From NCBI GenBank assembly GCA_964016885.1, contig OZ024746.1, positions 34,782,001 to 34,846,000 of the forward strand: 64,000 bases of DNA. The letters are read 5' to 3'. Each line of letters starts with the position of its first letter. Position 1 is the first letter of the stretch. The stretch comes from Eledone cirrhosa. Lineage: Eukaryota. The position numbers were made by a program, and so were the translations under genes. Positions 40,396 to 53,471 of the stretch are shown in pieces. The notes under the pieces are model-generated. The model was not told the origin of the DNA. It did no database searches and saw only the letters and a program-made list of their open reading frames with translations.

Positions 40396-41196
40396 AGAAA
40401 TGTGTCCCGTATGTGCAACCCCGAAGAACTAGAGAGACACATACAACACTTCATCCACCGTATGCAGTTCTCTGGCTACAATCAGAGAGATAGAATCAGA
40501 GTGTATAGAGGAGCCAGAACCAGATGGGAAAAAATGGTAAATAATGACATAAATGGGACCTGCCCCTCGTATAGGAGCACATTTTGGAATAGAATAGAAA
40601 GAACTAGGAACAAGGCCAATAGAATAAACTCATGGTATGATAGCAATAAATACCAGAGTGTAATGTTCATCAATACAACCCCTAGAGGCGAACTAGCCTA
40701 CAAATTTAGAAGGGCCCTAAATAAACATAAACTCAATATTAAGATAGTAGAAAGACCATGTACCTCCGTAAAAACACTTATTAGCAAGACATACCCGTTC
40801 CAAAGACCCTCATATATAGATAAGAAATGTATAACCTATAAAATAAGCCCCCATATTAACTGTAAAACTAGAAATGTAGTGTATAGCATAAGATGTACTG
40901 AAGGACAATGTAGAAACAAAAATATAGTGTACATAGGTGAGACAGCTCGTAGTATAGGGGAACGAATAAATGAACACTGGCGAGACCTTCAAGATAGTAA
41001 AGAATCATCTGTGCTCTACCAACATGCTAAGATAGAACACAGGGGTAGATTAGAGAACATAGAAATAAAAATAGAATCCACACACAGAAAAGATTCAATG
41101 TTTAGGCAAGTTACAGAGGCAGTAAGCATAAAAGAGTTACAACCAAAATTAAATAGAAAATATGAGTGGAACAGCAACATCACAACTTACAATTGA
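40393..41196 (+). pseudogene. C-terminal 267 aa of a PLE protein (linker + GIY-YIG endonuclease), RT core missing
   Basis: NCKTRNVVYSIRC...YIGETARSIGERINEH...HAKIEH...RQVTEAV...LNRKYEW. Confidence 0.9.
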
Positions 41197-41392
41197 GGAC
41201 AACATGAAAACACGCACATAGAACAAACAACCAACCAGTAACATGTAAATAAACAAATAAATAAATGAACATAAACGCACACAGGCACCCGGATGTGGCG
41301 CATGCGCAGACTGAGCACACAACACACACAAAGAAACAAAATGGCGTAGGATAGAAGAAAGGAAAGGCACAGAAACAAAGAAAGGAATCCCC

Positions 41393-41437
41393 AGTCACTG
41401 AAGAGGTCACAGAGTGTGTGACGAAAGGACTATGACT
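41393..41437 (+). ncRNA. Minimal hammerhead ribozyme (family B, intact core)
   Basis: agtca-CTGAAGA-ggtcac(agagtgt)gtgac-GAAA-ggac-TA-tgact; perfect 5-bp stems I and II. Confidence 0.78.
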
Positions 41438-41656
41438 ATATATAAACACTATCTGGTTGTGGAACCAACCAACCAACCAGAAATTTATAAGTTTGTAGAT
41501 TTGTAAATTTATAAATTTATAAATATATAATAAATTGAAGTGAAAGCAACCGGTGCGTGTGTTTCCTATTGGCAACATGACCCTCCCAAAGTATAACAAT
41601 ATCGGTTTTAACACACGATTTCAGATAAAGAATCTTGCTAAACAAATTCAGAAACG

Positions 41657-41738
<82 letters not shown>

Positions 41739-42113
41739 ATTTGAAACCTAAATTATAATCAATGCAGTGTATTAACTGGCTTACCAATGCTCTAGGTCTC
41801 AGGAAAACACTCGGCATATATCAGAAATAATACTGAAGGAAAAGGAATAACAATAAAAAAAATAAATAATAATAATAATAAGTATTATTATTATTATTAT
41901 TATTATTGGTCTAAGCGGACGTATTTTGCTCGAGCACAGTAAGTCGCTTTATTTGCCTGTTAAAATTATTTTGTTGTTAAATAGTTCTTGTTGTGTAAGT
42001 GATATAAGCCCTTAGACTTTGCCCCGTGAAGGGAAAAGTATAATATTTGGGCCTTTTGGCCTAAATATTTGAACTTTTTTTACATGTTAAAAAATTTACG
42101 AAGAAAAAAAAAC

Positions 42114-44074
42114 ATGGCTGAGCCACGCCCCCCTTCCCAGCGATATGTCCGCTGTCGTGCGACAACGACGTAGAGGTTGAGAGGAGCGCTACAGCGAAAT
42201 TAACACACATTGATAAAACAAACACCACCACAAACAAGGTAAACAAAGACACCAATGATACCAATAAGAAATCTAATTTTGAAAAAAATGACAGTAACAG
42301 CGACAACGAAAATACAAATTACAAAAAAAAAAAAATAACAAATACAACAACAATATCAACATCAATAACATGAAAACAAATAGCGACAACACCAACAGCA
42401 ACAATACCAACTGCACCGAGAACAACGGTGGCAACAAAGACAACAATGATAACAGCGACAGTGCTAACAACAACACCACAAAAACACCGACAACAACACC
42501 CCCAACGAAAACAAGAACACTTTCGCTGCGGCAGCAGCAAAGAAGAGGCCATGCTTCAACATGGACCTCTCAAACAAAGATGAAAAGTTGGTCCAGGCAT
42601 GGAAGCTCATCAAGCAAGAGCAAACTTGGGCCAACTTAACTGTCCCGGTAGAAGCTATTGAGGCAGTGGAGCGCAAAACGGTGCATTATAGATGCATCTC
42701 AGCACAAACAAAAAAGGCAACTTTAATCCTACAAGAAGATGTCGAAGTCGCGCTGAGGTTCATCAGAGAAGACACCCAGTACATAGAGAGCGGCAGACAG
42801 TACGTCACCATTTCGGTGTTGTTCAAGTCAGAAGCCCTCGCTATGAAACACGCTATGACTCCTTGCAAAACCAGCAAGGTCATAATGTACCCCTCCCACA
42901 TGGGAAAAAGAACGGCCCGTCTCCGCATTCCCAGAATCCCACCAGTGGTGGCTTCAGGGATGTGTGATTGTGGAGGGGACGGATATAGTCTCTATAGAAG
43001 TAACCAGAACGGCAAGAGAGGATTGGTCTTGGGTTGACCTGGAGATCCTTCTCCAGATCAGGCCCGAGAATGTGAAGACAATCCCAGACCACATCCGCCT
43101 TCAGAATGGGACGGTCATTCACATTATAACCGAAGGCAAAAGGCCGCAGTGTTTTGTTTGTGGTGAAAAACCCATTTGCCCTTCAACTGCGGAAAGAGGC
43201 AAGGGGTCGAAAGGCCTCACTGCTGCCGACGCCGGGGCGAGAGCCACAACCAACACCAGCACCGGCAAAACCACCAACAACAACACCAATAGAAAGACCA
43301 CCACCAACATTGACCACCCAGGGGGGAAACGAGAAAAGCTGTCAAATTCCTCCTCCCCCCCAAAATACACACACCAATAAAACCATAAACATACATACAG
43401 ACACACTTACAGACACATACCCCTCATCTATCAGTAGTGAAAATGAGGGAAATCCAAAATCCCCCAAAATACAAAAAAGGAAACACAAAAAGAAAAAAAA
43501 CCTCAACAAAGCTCAAAAGCACCCACAAACAAAAAACGCAGACACCACCCACACAAACATCTCTCCAATAACACCAACATCAACACCACCATCACCATCA
43601 CCTGAATCCCCCAAACACAAATAACCGAAACAGACGCAAGAACAAATATACACACAAACATCTGAAACCACAGACACCGCACTCACAACGAACACAGATA
43701 CAACCGAAACAACACCACCAAAACCATCACCACCACAACCACGCAAACAAATAAAATCTCACCAACAAAACACACAAAACTTCGTGCTCGTCAGGAGGGC
43801 CAACAAGGAACTGATGGCCCTCGTAGCACGAAGTGAAAATATACAAAACGAGGGGGAAATTTTTAAATCGAGCACATTTCGAGTGCCGGAAGATTTGGTT
43901 CTGGTGCGAATGTCGCTCGACATATTCAAAGAAATACGAGACAGCTGCCCTCGCGACGTGGGAACCCCGAACGTAAGACCCACTTCAAAACTTTTAAAGG
44001 GGTTCCCAAAAGAAACCCCACTAACTGTGGAGGTCGAACAACCCGACCTTCAAAAGAGCCCGGAAGGTAAGTAA
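42114..44074 (+). pseudogene. LINE ORF1 (low-complexity N/T-rich segments, RRM-like core, decayed zinc knuckle)
   Basis: Frameshifted pieces 42561-43037, 42964-43380 (RPQCFVCGEK) and 43784-44074 directly upstream of ORF2. The start is uncertain. Confidence 0.7.
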
Positions 44075-44105
44075 ACCTTCCTCTCTCTCTGTTTAACCTG
44101 CCAAC

Positions 44106-47100
44106 ATGGCCGTATTAAGAGTAGGATGTTTAAATGTTCGAGGCCTGGGATCGTCCTGGAAGCAGGGTCACCTTCTCAACGACCTCAGGTCTATAGAAAT
44201 GGATGTAATTGCAGTCAGCGAAACCAGGATTTCCGACACGCGCGCACGAGCCCCCATTTACGACGACTATCAGATATTTGCATCTGTTAGCCGGCCGGGA
44301 ATGGGAGGCGGGGTGGCAGTGCTGTTTAGGAAAGGCCTGGATCTCGAGGTAAAGTCGATCTTCCGGGACCCGGACTGGAAGTTGGTGGTCCTGGACGTGA
44401 ACAATATGAAGGTGGTGCCTTTAGACTGGTGGCCGTCTATGCTCCTACTGGGGCAGAACGGCCGGACTTCTTTAGATGCCTGGAATCCTTTCTGGGTACG
44501 TCTCGCACTTTACTGCTCTTAGCGGGGCACTGGAACGGCATCTTAGACGCACGCTGGAACTGTGTTAGAGTATCCGATAGGAGCGAGGGATACAAAAACC
44601 TTAAGAGCCTGATCAGCCAGTTCCAACTCTCTAACAGGTACCGACTATATTACCCTAATGCGCCAGTGTGGACCTGGACTAACCGCATAGGTTCATCTAG
44701 ATCGTATATAGACAGGATATTAATTAGGAAAATAGACAGAAATAGTGTAAGCTGTCCCCGTTATGAAGCGGTCGCCTATTCAGATCACAAGTTTGTGATC
44801 TGTATGGTCGACCTAGATAAAAGGCGTAAGTTAGGACCTGGTTGCTGGAAGCTAAACATGTCATTTCCAGCACGTAAGGCTTACAGGGACCAGGTCAACA
44901 ATTTAGTTAAGAAAAAGTTGACAAGAGGAGTCGTCAACAATAGATGGGGGAGGCTCTCAAAAGAGAGATTAGAGTAATGTCGATATAGTTTAGCAAAGAA
45001 GTAGCATTAGAGAGAAAAATAGAAAGGAGGGGGAGTTGGTAGATAAGTTAGACGAGGCTATTGGTAGTGGCATTGCAACTGACATGCTAGCGGCGAGAAT
45101 GGCATTAAACCATTTCTTCAATGAGAAACACGAAGGGTGCATTGTCAGAGCAAAGGCGCGTGCTCTGAGAAACGAGGGCACCAAAGCTGTTCGATGGGCC
45201 CGCGTAGCAGAGGCGCAGCGTGGTAATAAAACCATGATTCGGTCTTTGACGGACCGAAACGGGCACGAGCTGAACGATTCCAAGAGGATGTGTGAGGCCT
45301 TTCGCCAACGTTTTGCTCGGTTGTTCGGGGGAAGTGGCGGGTCAGAGATGGTGGCGGACTTCAGGCCCTACCGCGATGGCTTGCCGCAACTCTCGACGGC
45401 TGACGCTGGGCGCTGCGAAAGGCCAATTACTTCAGCCGAGATTCAGAATGCCCTTGTCGGCTGCATGAGGCGCAAGTCACCCGGTTTGGATGGTCTGCCC
45501 TACGAGCTTTCCGTAAATATGCCAAACTTGTTCTCCAATCTCCTCGAAGCCCTCTACTGCAACTGGCAGCAAAACGGGAGTATACCCAGTTCTGTGAGCC
45601 GGGGCGTAGTGACACTGATAAGGAAAGACGAGAACAAGAGGGACACATTAGACAATTTCAGGCCCATAACTCTGCTCAACACAGAGTTTAAGTTTTTTGC
45701 CAGGGTGTTAGCGAAGAGGTTGGCGCTTGTCGTCGGGGATTTGGTTCGGGAGGCGCAAACTTGCGCAATCCCAACCAGGTCCATACACGACAACCTCCAC
45801 CTAATGCGATACATCATAGAGAGGGTAGGGTGTAAACCTGGCTTCAGTGGGGCTCTGATCAATTTAGATCAATCGAAAGCATTCGATAGGGTCGACCATC
45901 GGTAAGTGGAGGCTGTCCTCAAGGCGGCTGGCTTCGGGCCCGTCTTCAGAAGCTGGATGGCTGCAATGTATAGCGGCACCTGCTCGATGGTCAAAATTAA
46001 TGGCCACCTCTCGGAACCGTTTCAGGTCTCCCGATTGGTCCATCAAGGGTGCCCTCTCTCCTCCCTTCTGTACGTATTGACTCTCGAGCTTTTACTGCGG
46101 AAGCTGGAGCTGTTGCAGGGCATCCCGCTTGAACCGGGACGCGGAAAGGCTGTGTCGGCTAAAGCGTACGACAGCACCGTGATGGTGTCGGACACCTCAG
46201 AAATCGAGGTGGTCGACAACTTATTGGAGCAATATGAAATGTTGACGGGAGCAAAACTTAACCCGGAAAAGTCAGTGGGCTTGCAACTCGGCACCTGGAG
46301 AGGCAAGTCCATGCCGTCCAACAGAATCGTAAGGCGCTGTACGGACGGACCGGTAAAGTTGCTAGGGGTTTGGTTCGGGCCAGACCTCCAGGTGGATAAG
46401 AATTGGAAGAGGTGACGGGCAGGGTAGCCAGTCTCACCCAGAAATGGGCTGGGATGAAGTTGTAACTGAAAGGACGGGCGGAGGTGTCGAACGCGTACAT
46501 CGCGTCCGTCATCTACTACCGTCTGACTGTCGTCCCTTGCCTCCGTTCGCGCATCGCCATCTTGGAGCGGCTCATCTTCAAATTCTTGTGGAGGGGTCAG
46601 GTTCCGCTGGTGAGGCGGTCCATCTGCTGCCAGCACCCTCTACGTGGAGGGCTGGGCATTCCGTGGCTAATGATGCGCAGGCACGCGCTGAGGCTGCGGC
46701 ATCTCCAGATATTATGCCTAAACGGTGAACAGGTGTGGTCGCCGTTTGTCAGACGGGCCTCTCCGCAGCTCGTTTCTTTGACTGAGTTGCAGTCCTGGGT
46801 CAAGAAGAGACCGAGACTGGGTGACTGGCATATGGAATGTTGCCAGGCACTCACTGCCTTCTACCAGGCGGGCAATGCGGTCAGTGGAACTTCCACTCTC
46901 CAGTTCTATAGAGGATTAGTTGTGGGCAAGTGCGACGACGCACTCGGAGAGGCTCTGGTGGTCAACGAAGTCAAACTAACCAGTTTGTACCGGAGGAATT
47001 TCGAGCCGGGGACGATGGATAATTTCCAAAAATCCCTCGCTTGGCAGTGCTACCGGGGGGCCCTGCCGGTTCGAGATAAACTCTACAGGCACGAAAGTGC

Positions 47101-47530
47101 TCTCAGACGAACCTGCCCGAGATGCGCGCAGAGCGACGAAACCGTTCTGCATGCACTCGTCCAGTGTCCGTGCATTACTGACTTGTGGAGTTATGTTGAA
47201 CAGCTGTTGTCGCGTGTACAACGGATCCGGCTATCGGCCGAGTCCATGGTGAAGATCGACCCGCCGCCTTCTTTTGGCCAGGAAGGGCAGGCAATTTTCC
47301 TCTGTCTGGTGGCAGTAGCGAAAGACGTTGTATGGTGGACTAGGTTGAAAGGACTGAAGACAGACACTTTTCTCTTCGGCCAATCCCTCATCAACTTTTT
47401 CAAGTTTCACTTGGAAAGGAAGGTGAGGATGGAGAGAGAAGTGCTGCCCCCCAGTACATTTGCTGAAAGGTGGGTGAATGTGGCAAGAATGGCTCGTGTG
47501 AGTGGGCCTACTCTGGTCATGCGGCTGTAG
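44106..47530 (+). pseudogene. LINE ORF2: AP endonuclease, reverse transcriptase and C-terminal CCHC finger (frameshifted)
   Basis: CLNVRGL, VSET, VYAPT, YIDRI, SDH; KSPGLDGLP, NFRPITLLN, LDQSKAFDRVDH, QGCPLS, decayed YADD (KAYD); CPRC...ETVLHALVQC. Confidence 0.95.
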
Positions 47531-47768
47531 GAAGGTAAATTTGAAGAGGAAGGGGTGCCCTTCCAGGGTGCTCTCGAAGCGTCGGGTCGTTCAGGACTGG
47601 TGGAGTACCTGAGCGAACCCTAGGTGGTCATCCCCCCTATCGGGGAATTTTTTTCTTATTGTAATGTTATTGTTACTTTGTTGTTACTTTGTTATTGTTA
47701 TTCATATTGTTTACTCGATTTTTCTGTAAAACCCCACTGTCCCAGTCTTTTGTATTGTCCCCTATAAA

Positions 47769-47799
<31 letters not shown>

Positions 47800-48876
47800 A
47801 ACAATAATATTAATAATGAACAAAAAAGTAACAAATATGACATCATGTAAATTTGATCATAATTGACATCATCAAGAGAATTTAATTTAGAAAAGAAAAA
47901 CTAAAATAAAATAGACATGAAAAAATTAAATTCCGTTAATTTAAAGATAAAAGAAAACCATCGTAAAACCTTCAACAACGACTATATGTAAAAATAACTA
48001 AGAAAAAAACAACAATAACAAATCAACAAGAAATGTAGCAATAGTAACAACAACAACAACAACAACAACCTCTGATTGTAAATGCAAAAAGTAAAATAAT
48101 AAAAATTCATTTGAAAAACAAATGTGTTTATTGTCTTACTGAAGACAATAAACAATACTCTATAACGTAAAGATTACGATAAAATGAAAATAATTCGAGG
48201 AAGAAACTCTAACTACGATCTGCCAGCAACAATAACAATAACAACAATAACAATAGTAACAATGCGATTGTTTTACCATATGTACAACAGCAAATGTTAA
48301 AGATGCCGAAAAAATTAAATTTAAATGATTAGTGTAACAATAAAAATATCAATAAGCCTCAACACGAACAATCAGATTCTTAATATCAAAACGAACAACC
48401 ATATGGAAGATTTTAAGATAAAGTCATAAAGCAATTAATGATGATGGAAACAAACTGCTGTGACACAATCGACAGGAAATAGATTCGATCCAAATGCTAG
48501 AGCGTAGAACCAATCACGTCACCATTCTATAATGTTGTTCAAGGATGAACAGTATCGAACCACAATACTTCCTGGATTTGGGGGACACTCGTTTGCGTAG
48601 CTAGAAGTATCAAACAATTGAAGGCCTACCGAGTGGCATATAATGTACATCCACCCGAATGAAATATCTCCACTGTCATAATGATATCACTCAATCATGG
48701 GGACATACATAATTGGTGTGCCAAATGTTATATGGATTTATAATTGTTTCTTCATTAGGCACAAGGCCAGCAATTATCCCAGTATATATGGATTAATAAT
48801 AAGAGCTCTTGAAAGAGAGTTTATGCAATTTTATAGAAAGTGAAGGGGATGCAAAAGATGGGGACGATGGGGTTGC

Positions 48877-48915
<39 letters not shown>

Positions 48916-49060
48916 CAGGAGCAGCAGCAGCAGCAGCAGCACAGCGACAGCAGCAGTAGCAGCAGTAACAGTAGTAGTAGTAGTAGTAGTAGTAGTAGCA
49001 GCAGCAGCTATAGTATTAGTAGTAGTAGCAGCAGCACAGCAGCAGTAGTAGTAGTAGTAG
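48877..49060. repeat. (TAG)n/(CAG)n trinucleotide tract
   Basis: Seen directly. Confidence 0.9.
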
Positions 49061-49110
49061 AAATGAAATGTGTTATTACGATTTAAATGCAAGCATTATT
49101 ATCTCTTAAA

Positions 49111-49299
49111 GATGGCGGTGGATTGGCAGTATCGGTAGAGGGTCGGACGCCATGCTTTGATGCATAGAGTTACGGCCCTTGCTATTCTGAGTTCAAATCC
49201 CGCCGAGGTTAACTTTGCCTTTCATCCTTACGGGGTCGATAAAATAAAGTACCAGTAATGTACTGGGTAATTTCTGGCCTTGTGCCAATAGTAGAAACA
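49111..49299 (+). mobile_element. Full-length tRNA-derived SINE with 16-bp target-site duplication
   Basis: A-box tggcagtatcgg, B-box gagttcaaatccc, central gcctttcatccttacggggtcgataaaataaagtaccag; TSD attattatctcttaaa at 49095-49110 and 49300-49315. Confidence 0.9.
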
Positions 49300-51675
49300 A
49301 TTATTATCTCTTAAAATGGCATAGCCAGGCGAATTGTTGAACAAAATACCGTACCGCTTTCTGTCACATTGCGTTTTATTCTCACATCAAATAACTCCAA
49401 TTTTTATTTAGGCTGCCATCCTTCAGTATTGTAAAATGAACTTGCAATAAAGAACTTGAGACCAAACTGTCAACTGCCACTACCTCCTCAAATGGTTAGC
49501 AGTAATTGTTTCGGCTCTCCAGGTTCTGAGATTAAATCCCACCGTCTTAACTTTGCCTGGCGTCCTATCGAGCTCACCAAAAAATATTACCTGTCATTTG
49601 TGAAAACTCTTTTGTTTTTTTCATTCATGTTTCCTAGGACCGTTTGTGCGTCTGTAATGGTCAACATTTTACACAAAGTCGCAGGTTTAACTTGGAATCA
49701 CCTTGCTTGTGTTTGTGTACTGGCCGTTCATACCTACACTAAGGTATTGTTCTCTTTATATGAAAGTGTGTTGTTATTTTTGGTAAACAACTGTCCATTC
49801 GAACCAACCACGCGTCACGTAAATTCGGTAGCGAATACGTTATGTCAAATACGCTAAAGCTTCATAACAATACATAGACTATTCCGAAAAACTAAAGGCC
49901 TAATCTAGATGCTCGCAATAAAAGACAGGTAATCCGTAGACGAAATTTAAAACGATGCCAACAATCCACCAAACATAGAGAATCCCCTCATAAAACAACA
50001 GTGTTACACCAACTATATTTCCCAAACCATTCCTCTAGAATAAGTCATAGATTATGAGAGTTTATAACGATACCACCAACATATACATCACTGAGCAAAA
50101 TAGCCCTAAAAATCTACCTAAGTGATAATAGGTTTACACATTACTCCTCCATCACCTATCTAATATATCCAATAAATAACCAAACACAGTATCATTTCAT
50201 TTCGCAACACCTATACAAATCCCACACTTCGTAACACGCACATAATTCTTAAACCAACGCAATCCTTTAATCTATTTGTCTCAAAACGAAAATCAGTTAT
50301 ACAGTGATTTCGTTGTTCAATTAGACTATACGTCTAATTAAACATGTTGAAAATAAATACCCGAAGATTGGAGTGTGGAGTAAAACCCACGTTAACAATA
50401 CACCAGAGCGATTCAAAATTCTTAATAACAGCTAAAAGAACACGGACATAAACAAGAGGCAAGATCGCTCCCATAAACCTTATATTTTTATATAAGAAGA
50501 TGACCAAAACACATTATGTAATTACCCATTGACTATTCTAATTCTATTTCATCCTACTGTATTTGATTGTAACATTTCATCAGGTACTTTTCTTTACCCT
50601 ATTTCTCACTAGGTCCCTCCACAAATCCACATCTACTAATGTACCAGTCAAACAAATTATTGCCCCCACCCCCTCTCTCTCTCTGTGTTTGAGCCTGTAC
50701 GTGTGCGTTGTGTGTATATGCGCGTTTATGTCCGCAACGACTCAGATTGTATGTAAGTTCTTTTGTAAGATTTTATATTGTATGATTGTTGACATGTTAG
50801 CAATAATAAAAGATTGTTTATTAATAATATTATTACTATTGTTCATATTTATTTATTCATTTATTTTAATATACTATTTTCTTATGTCAATGAGAGAAAA
50901 ATACATACTTTTATATTTCCATTGTAAATGTTGCATCAACACAATTATATTGAGCCCGTGGTTCTAAGATTTGTCTGTATAATATTTTGTATAAAATCGA
51001 TCGTTTCTACGTCAACAAGCTTTACTCTACCAACACATCCTCCGTTATTTTACCAAGCATTCATTATGTCATTGCACCCCATAATTTACCTTCTTTATGT
51101 CATATTTTCTTATTCTCAGAGTTTCCCCTTGTTTCTTAGACTTTCTTTTTATGAAACCATCAGCAAACATACAACTTAAAAAGAAATATATACTTAAAAA
51201 TTGGTACAATTCTAAATATAGCGCAAATTGCTGAAATTATTCTTACCAGGGAACGTTAAAAGAGAGAAACGGAATATCAGGTATATGTAAGAATAGAAGA
51301 GACAGAAAACATGCGTCATTTTTATAGAATTACAAAATATATCATTTGTATAAAATATGCATATAAATGATAATAATAAAAGACAACAAATAAATGAATG
51401 AAGAGGATGGAAAATATGCGGGGAAATATATGCATGAAAATGGAAAAGAAATAAGAACAAAATAGAATAAATAGTAGCACTTATATGTCAGTAGAAATAG
51501 GGAGAGAAAACACAAAAGTGAAAAGGTTATTGCACAATTCCAGATTTAATATTTTCAACGGCAGAATATGGTATAAATATTTTCAGTACATATGATAATA
51601 TACGACACATTATTTAAAATAAAATCCCTGTGGTTTCTAAGTCTATATGTCAGTATGTATGTATATATGTCGTGC

Positions 51676-51707
<32 letters not shown>

Positions 51708-51708
<1 letters not shown>

Positions 51709-52368
51709 TATAGATATTAAACTGAGGATGTCTGTATGTGTGTGTGTGTGTGTGTGTTTGTGAATGTGTGTGCGTTTGAATCCCTAAAACTCGAGAAGTA
51801 CACAACTGATTTTTTTCAAACTTTACATGTGTAATACTTATGTTTCAGTGAGTATTACGCACGAAACAAACTTCAACTTTTTGATCCCCTAGGGCCCGCA
51901 TCAGGTGAAAAACTGCGTTTTTTCAGCTTTTTAGTGTTTTTTCGAGTTGGTACCAGACCGATTTCCTTGAAATTGTAACTATGTATTAGTCAGTTTCTTC
52001 TTCATACTGTGAGCAAAGAAAATCCAACTTTTTTTAATATCCTAGGGCCCGCATTAGGTGAAAAACTTCATTGTTTCAGCTTTTTAGGGCTTTTTTGAGG
52101 CGTTACGTCTAGCCGATTTTCCTGAAATTTAAAGGCATATTATGCACATAAAAAGATCCATTTTCTTGATCCCCTAGGGCCTAATTTAGGTGAAAACCTC
52201 GATTTTCCTGCTTCATCGAGGAAAATCTTAAAGTTTATCCAGCCATCAGAGTATTCGGTTTATTTTCTTTACATATTGTCCAGGCATGCAGGTTTCACAC
52301 GATTAGGTCTGTTGGCGGCCCACGTTCCCAAATACCTTATCCTGTGGAACGCCGGGTACCACTGTTAG
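51708..52368 (+). mobile_element. Non-autonomous Helitron-like element with three internal tandem units of about 130-155 bp
   Basis: Ends cctgtggaacgccgggtaccactgTTAG then T; repeats atcccctagggcc...ggtgaaaa at about 51884, 52038 and 52169; TA flanks. Confidence 0.72.
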
Positions 52369-52432
52369 TATATATATATATATATTTATTAAAATAACAG
52401 ATTAAAGCTTATGCAAAAAATCGCTGCTTCAA

Positions 52433-52610
52433 TGGCAGTATCGGTAAAAGATCTGACGCCATGCTTTCCAGCATAGTTACGTCCCTTTACGATCTGAGTT
52501 CAAATCCCGCCGAGGTTGACTTTGCCTTTATTCCTTACGGGGTCGATAAAATAAAGTACCAGTAATGCACTGGGTATTTGCTGGCCTTGTGCCTAAAGTA
52601 GAAACAATTA
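52433..52610 (+). mobile_element. tRNA-derived SINE (49111 family)
   Basis: Colinear with 49122-49302. Confidence 0.88.
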
Positions 52611-52676
52611 CTATATATATATATATATATATAAACATACATACGTAACTATCTATCTAGCTCTCTCTCTCCCCCA

Positions 52677-52714
<38 letters not shown>

Positions 52715-52720
52715 GATATA

Positions 52721-53471
52721 ATATAAGATTAAAAGATGGTTAAATGAGTTCCATGTATTTTATTATGCGCATACAAATATCATCATGCAATAACATTTGT
52801 GTTTTCATCAGATAAAATAGGAAGACATGATATGAAGGTTAAAAACACTGGTGGATAGTGCAGTTTTAAATCAACATATGAAAAGTAGAGTCAGATTGAT
52901 GTGTGATATTGGGGAAAAGAAAAAGTGTTGAGGGTGTGGGGGTGGAAAGGATGAAAAAGAGGAGGAGATGAGAGTAAAAAGTGGATGGGGAGGAGTATAA
53001 TGAGGAACGATGAGATAGGAGGAGAGATGGGTGATAGAAAGAGAGAGATAGCTCTCTCTCTATCACCCATCTCTCCTCCTATCTCATCGTTCCTCATTAT
53101 ACTCCTCCCCCTCCACTTTTTACTCTCATCCCCTCCTCTTTTTCATCCTTTCCAACCTCCCCCCCTCAAAAAAATTGTTTTTACCCAATATCACACATCA
53201 ATCTAAAACTACTTTTCATATGTTGATTTAAAACTGCACTATCCACCAGTGTTTTTAACCTTCATATCAAGTCTTCCTAATTTATCTGATGAAAACACAA
53301 ATGTTATTGCATGATGATATTTGTTTTTGAAATGCGCATAATTAAATACATGGAACTCATTTCACCATCTTTTGATCTTATATATTATGTATACTCCAGT
53401 CCTACAAACTGTAGATTGCTTCTTATCCGATATCTGCATTGCTTTATTGTACTACAATAAAACTCACCTCC

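Larger units (their letters stand above)
40393..41658 (+). mobile_element. PLE family B, 5'-truncated copy
   Basis: Open thumb-linker-GIY-YIG frame followed by a pseudo-LTR matching 38475-38923, then (TA)n. Confidence 0.92.
41908..47770 (+). mobile_element. L1/Tx1-clade non-LTR retrotransposon, near full length, inactivated
   Basis: 5' UTR, ORF1, ORF2 (APE-RT-zinc finger) and short 3' UTR; (ATT)n tracts at 41884-41907 and 47771-47797. Confidence 0.93.

Noticed and set aside
248-41196. Selenoprotein-encoding or N-terminal-endonuclease (Naiad-type) PLE
   Set aside because: The endonuclease is C-terminal in both families, and the stops are mixed types with frameshifts rather than conserved in-frame TGA codons.
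48793-49092. Poly-Ser/Leu/Thr ORFs
   Set aside because: Trinucleotide repeat artefact.
51880-52200. CRISPR-like regularly spaced repeats
   Set aside because: The spacers are themselves homologous, the context is eukaryotic and there are no cas genes; these are tandem units of a Helitron-like element.
123-53348. Strand-biased inactivation of hammerheads (one arm decayed in 4 of 5 pairs) as a sign of selection in a host intron
   Set aside because: Decayed copies are split between plus (3411, 10898) and minus (23910, 52772) strands, which is consistent with neutral decay.
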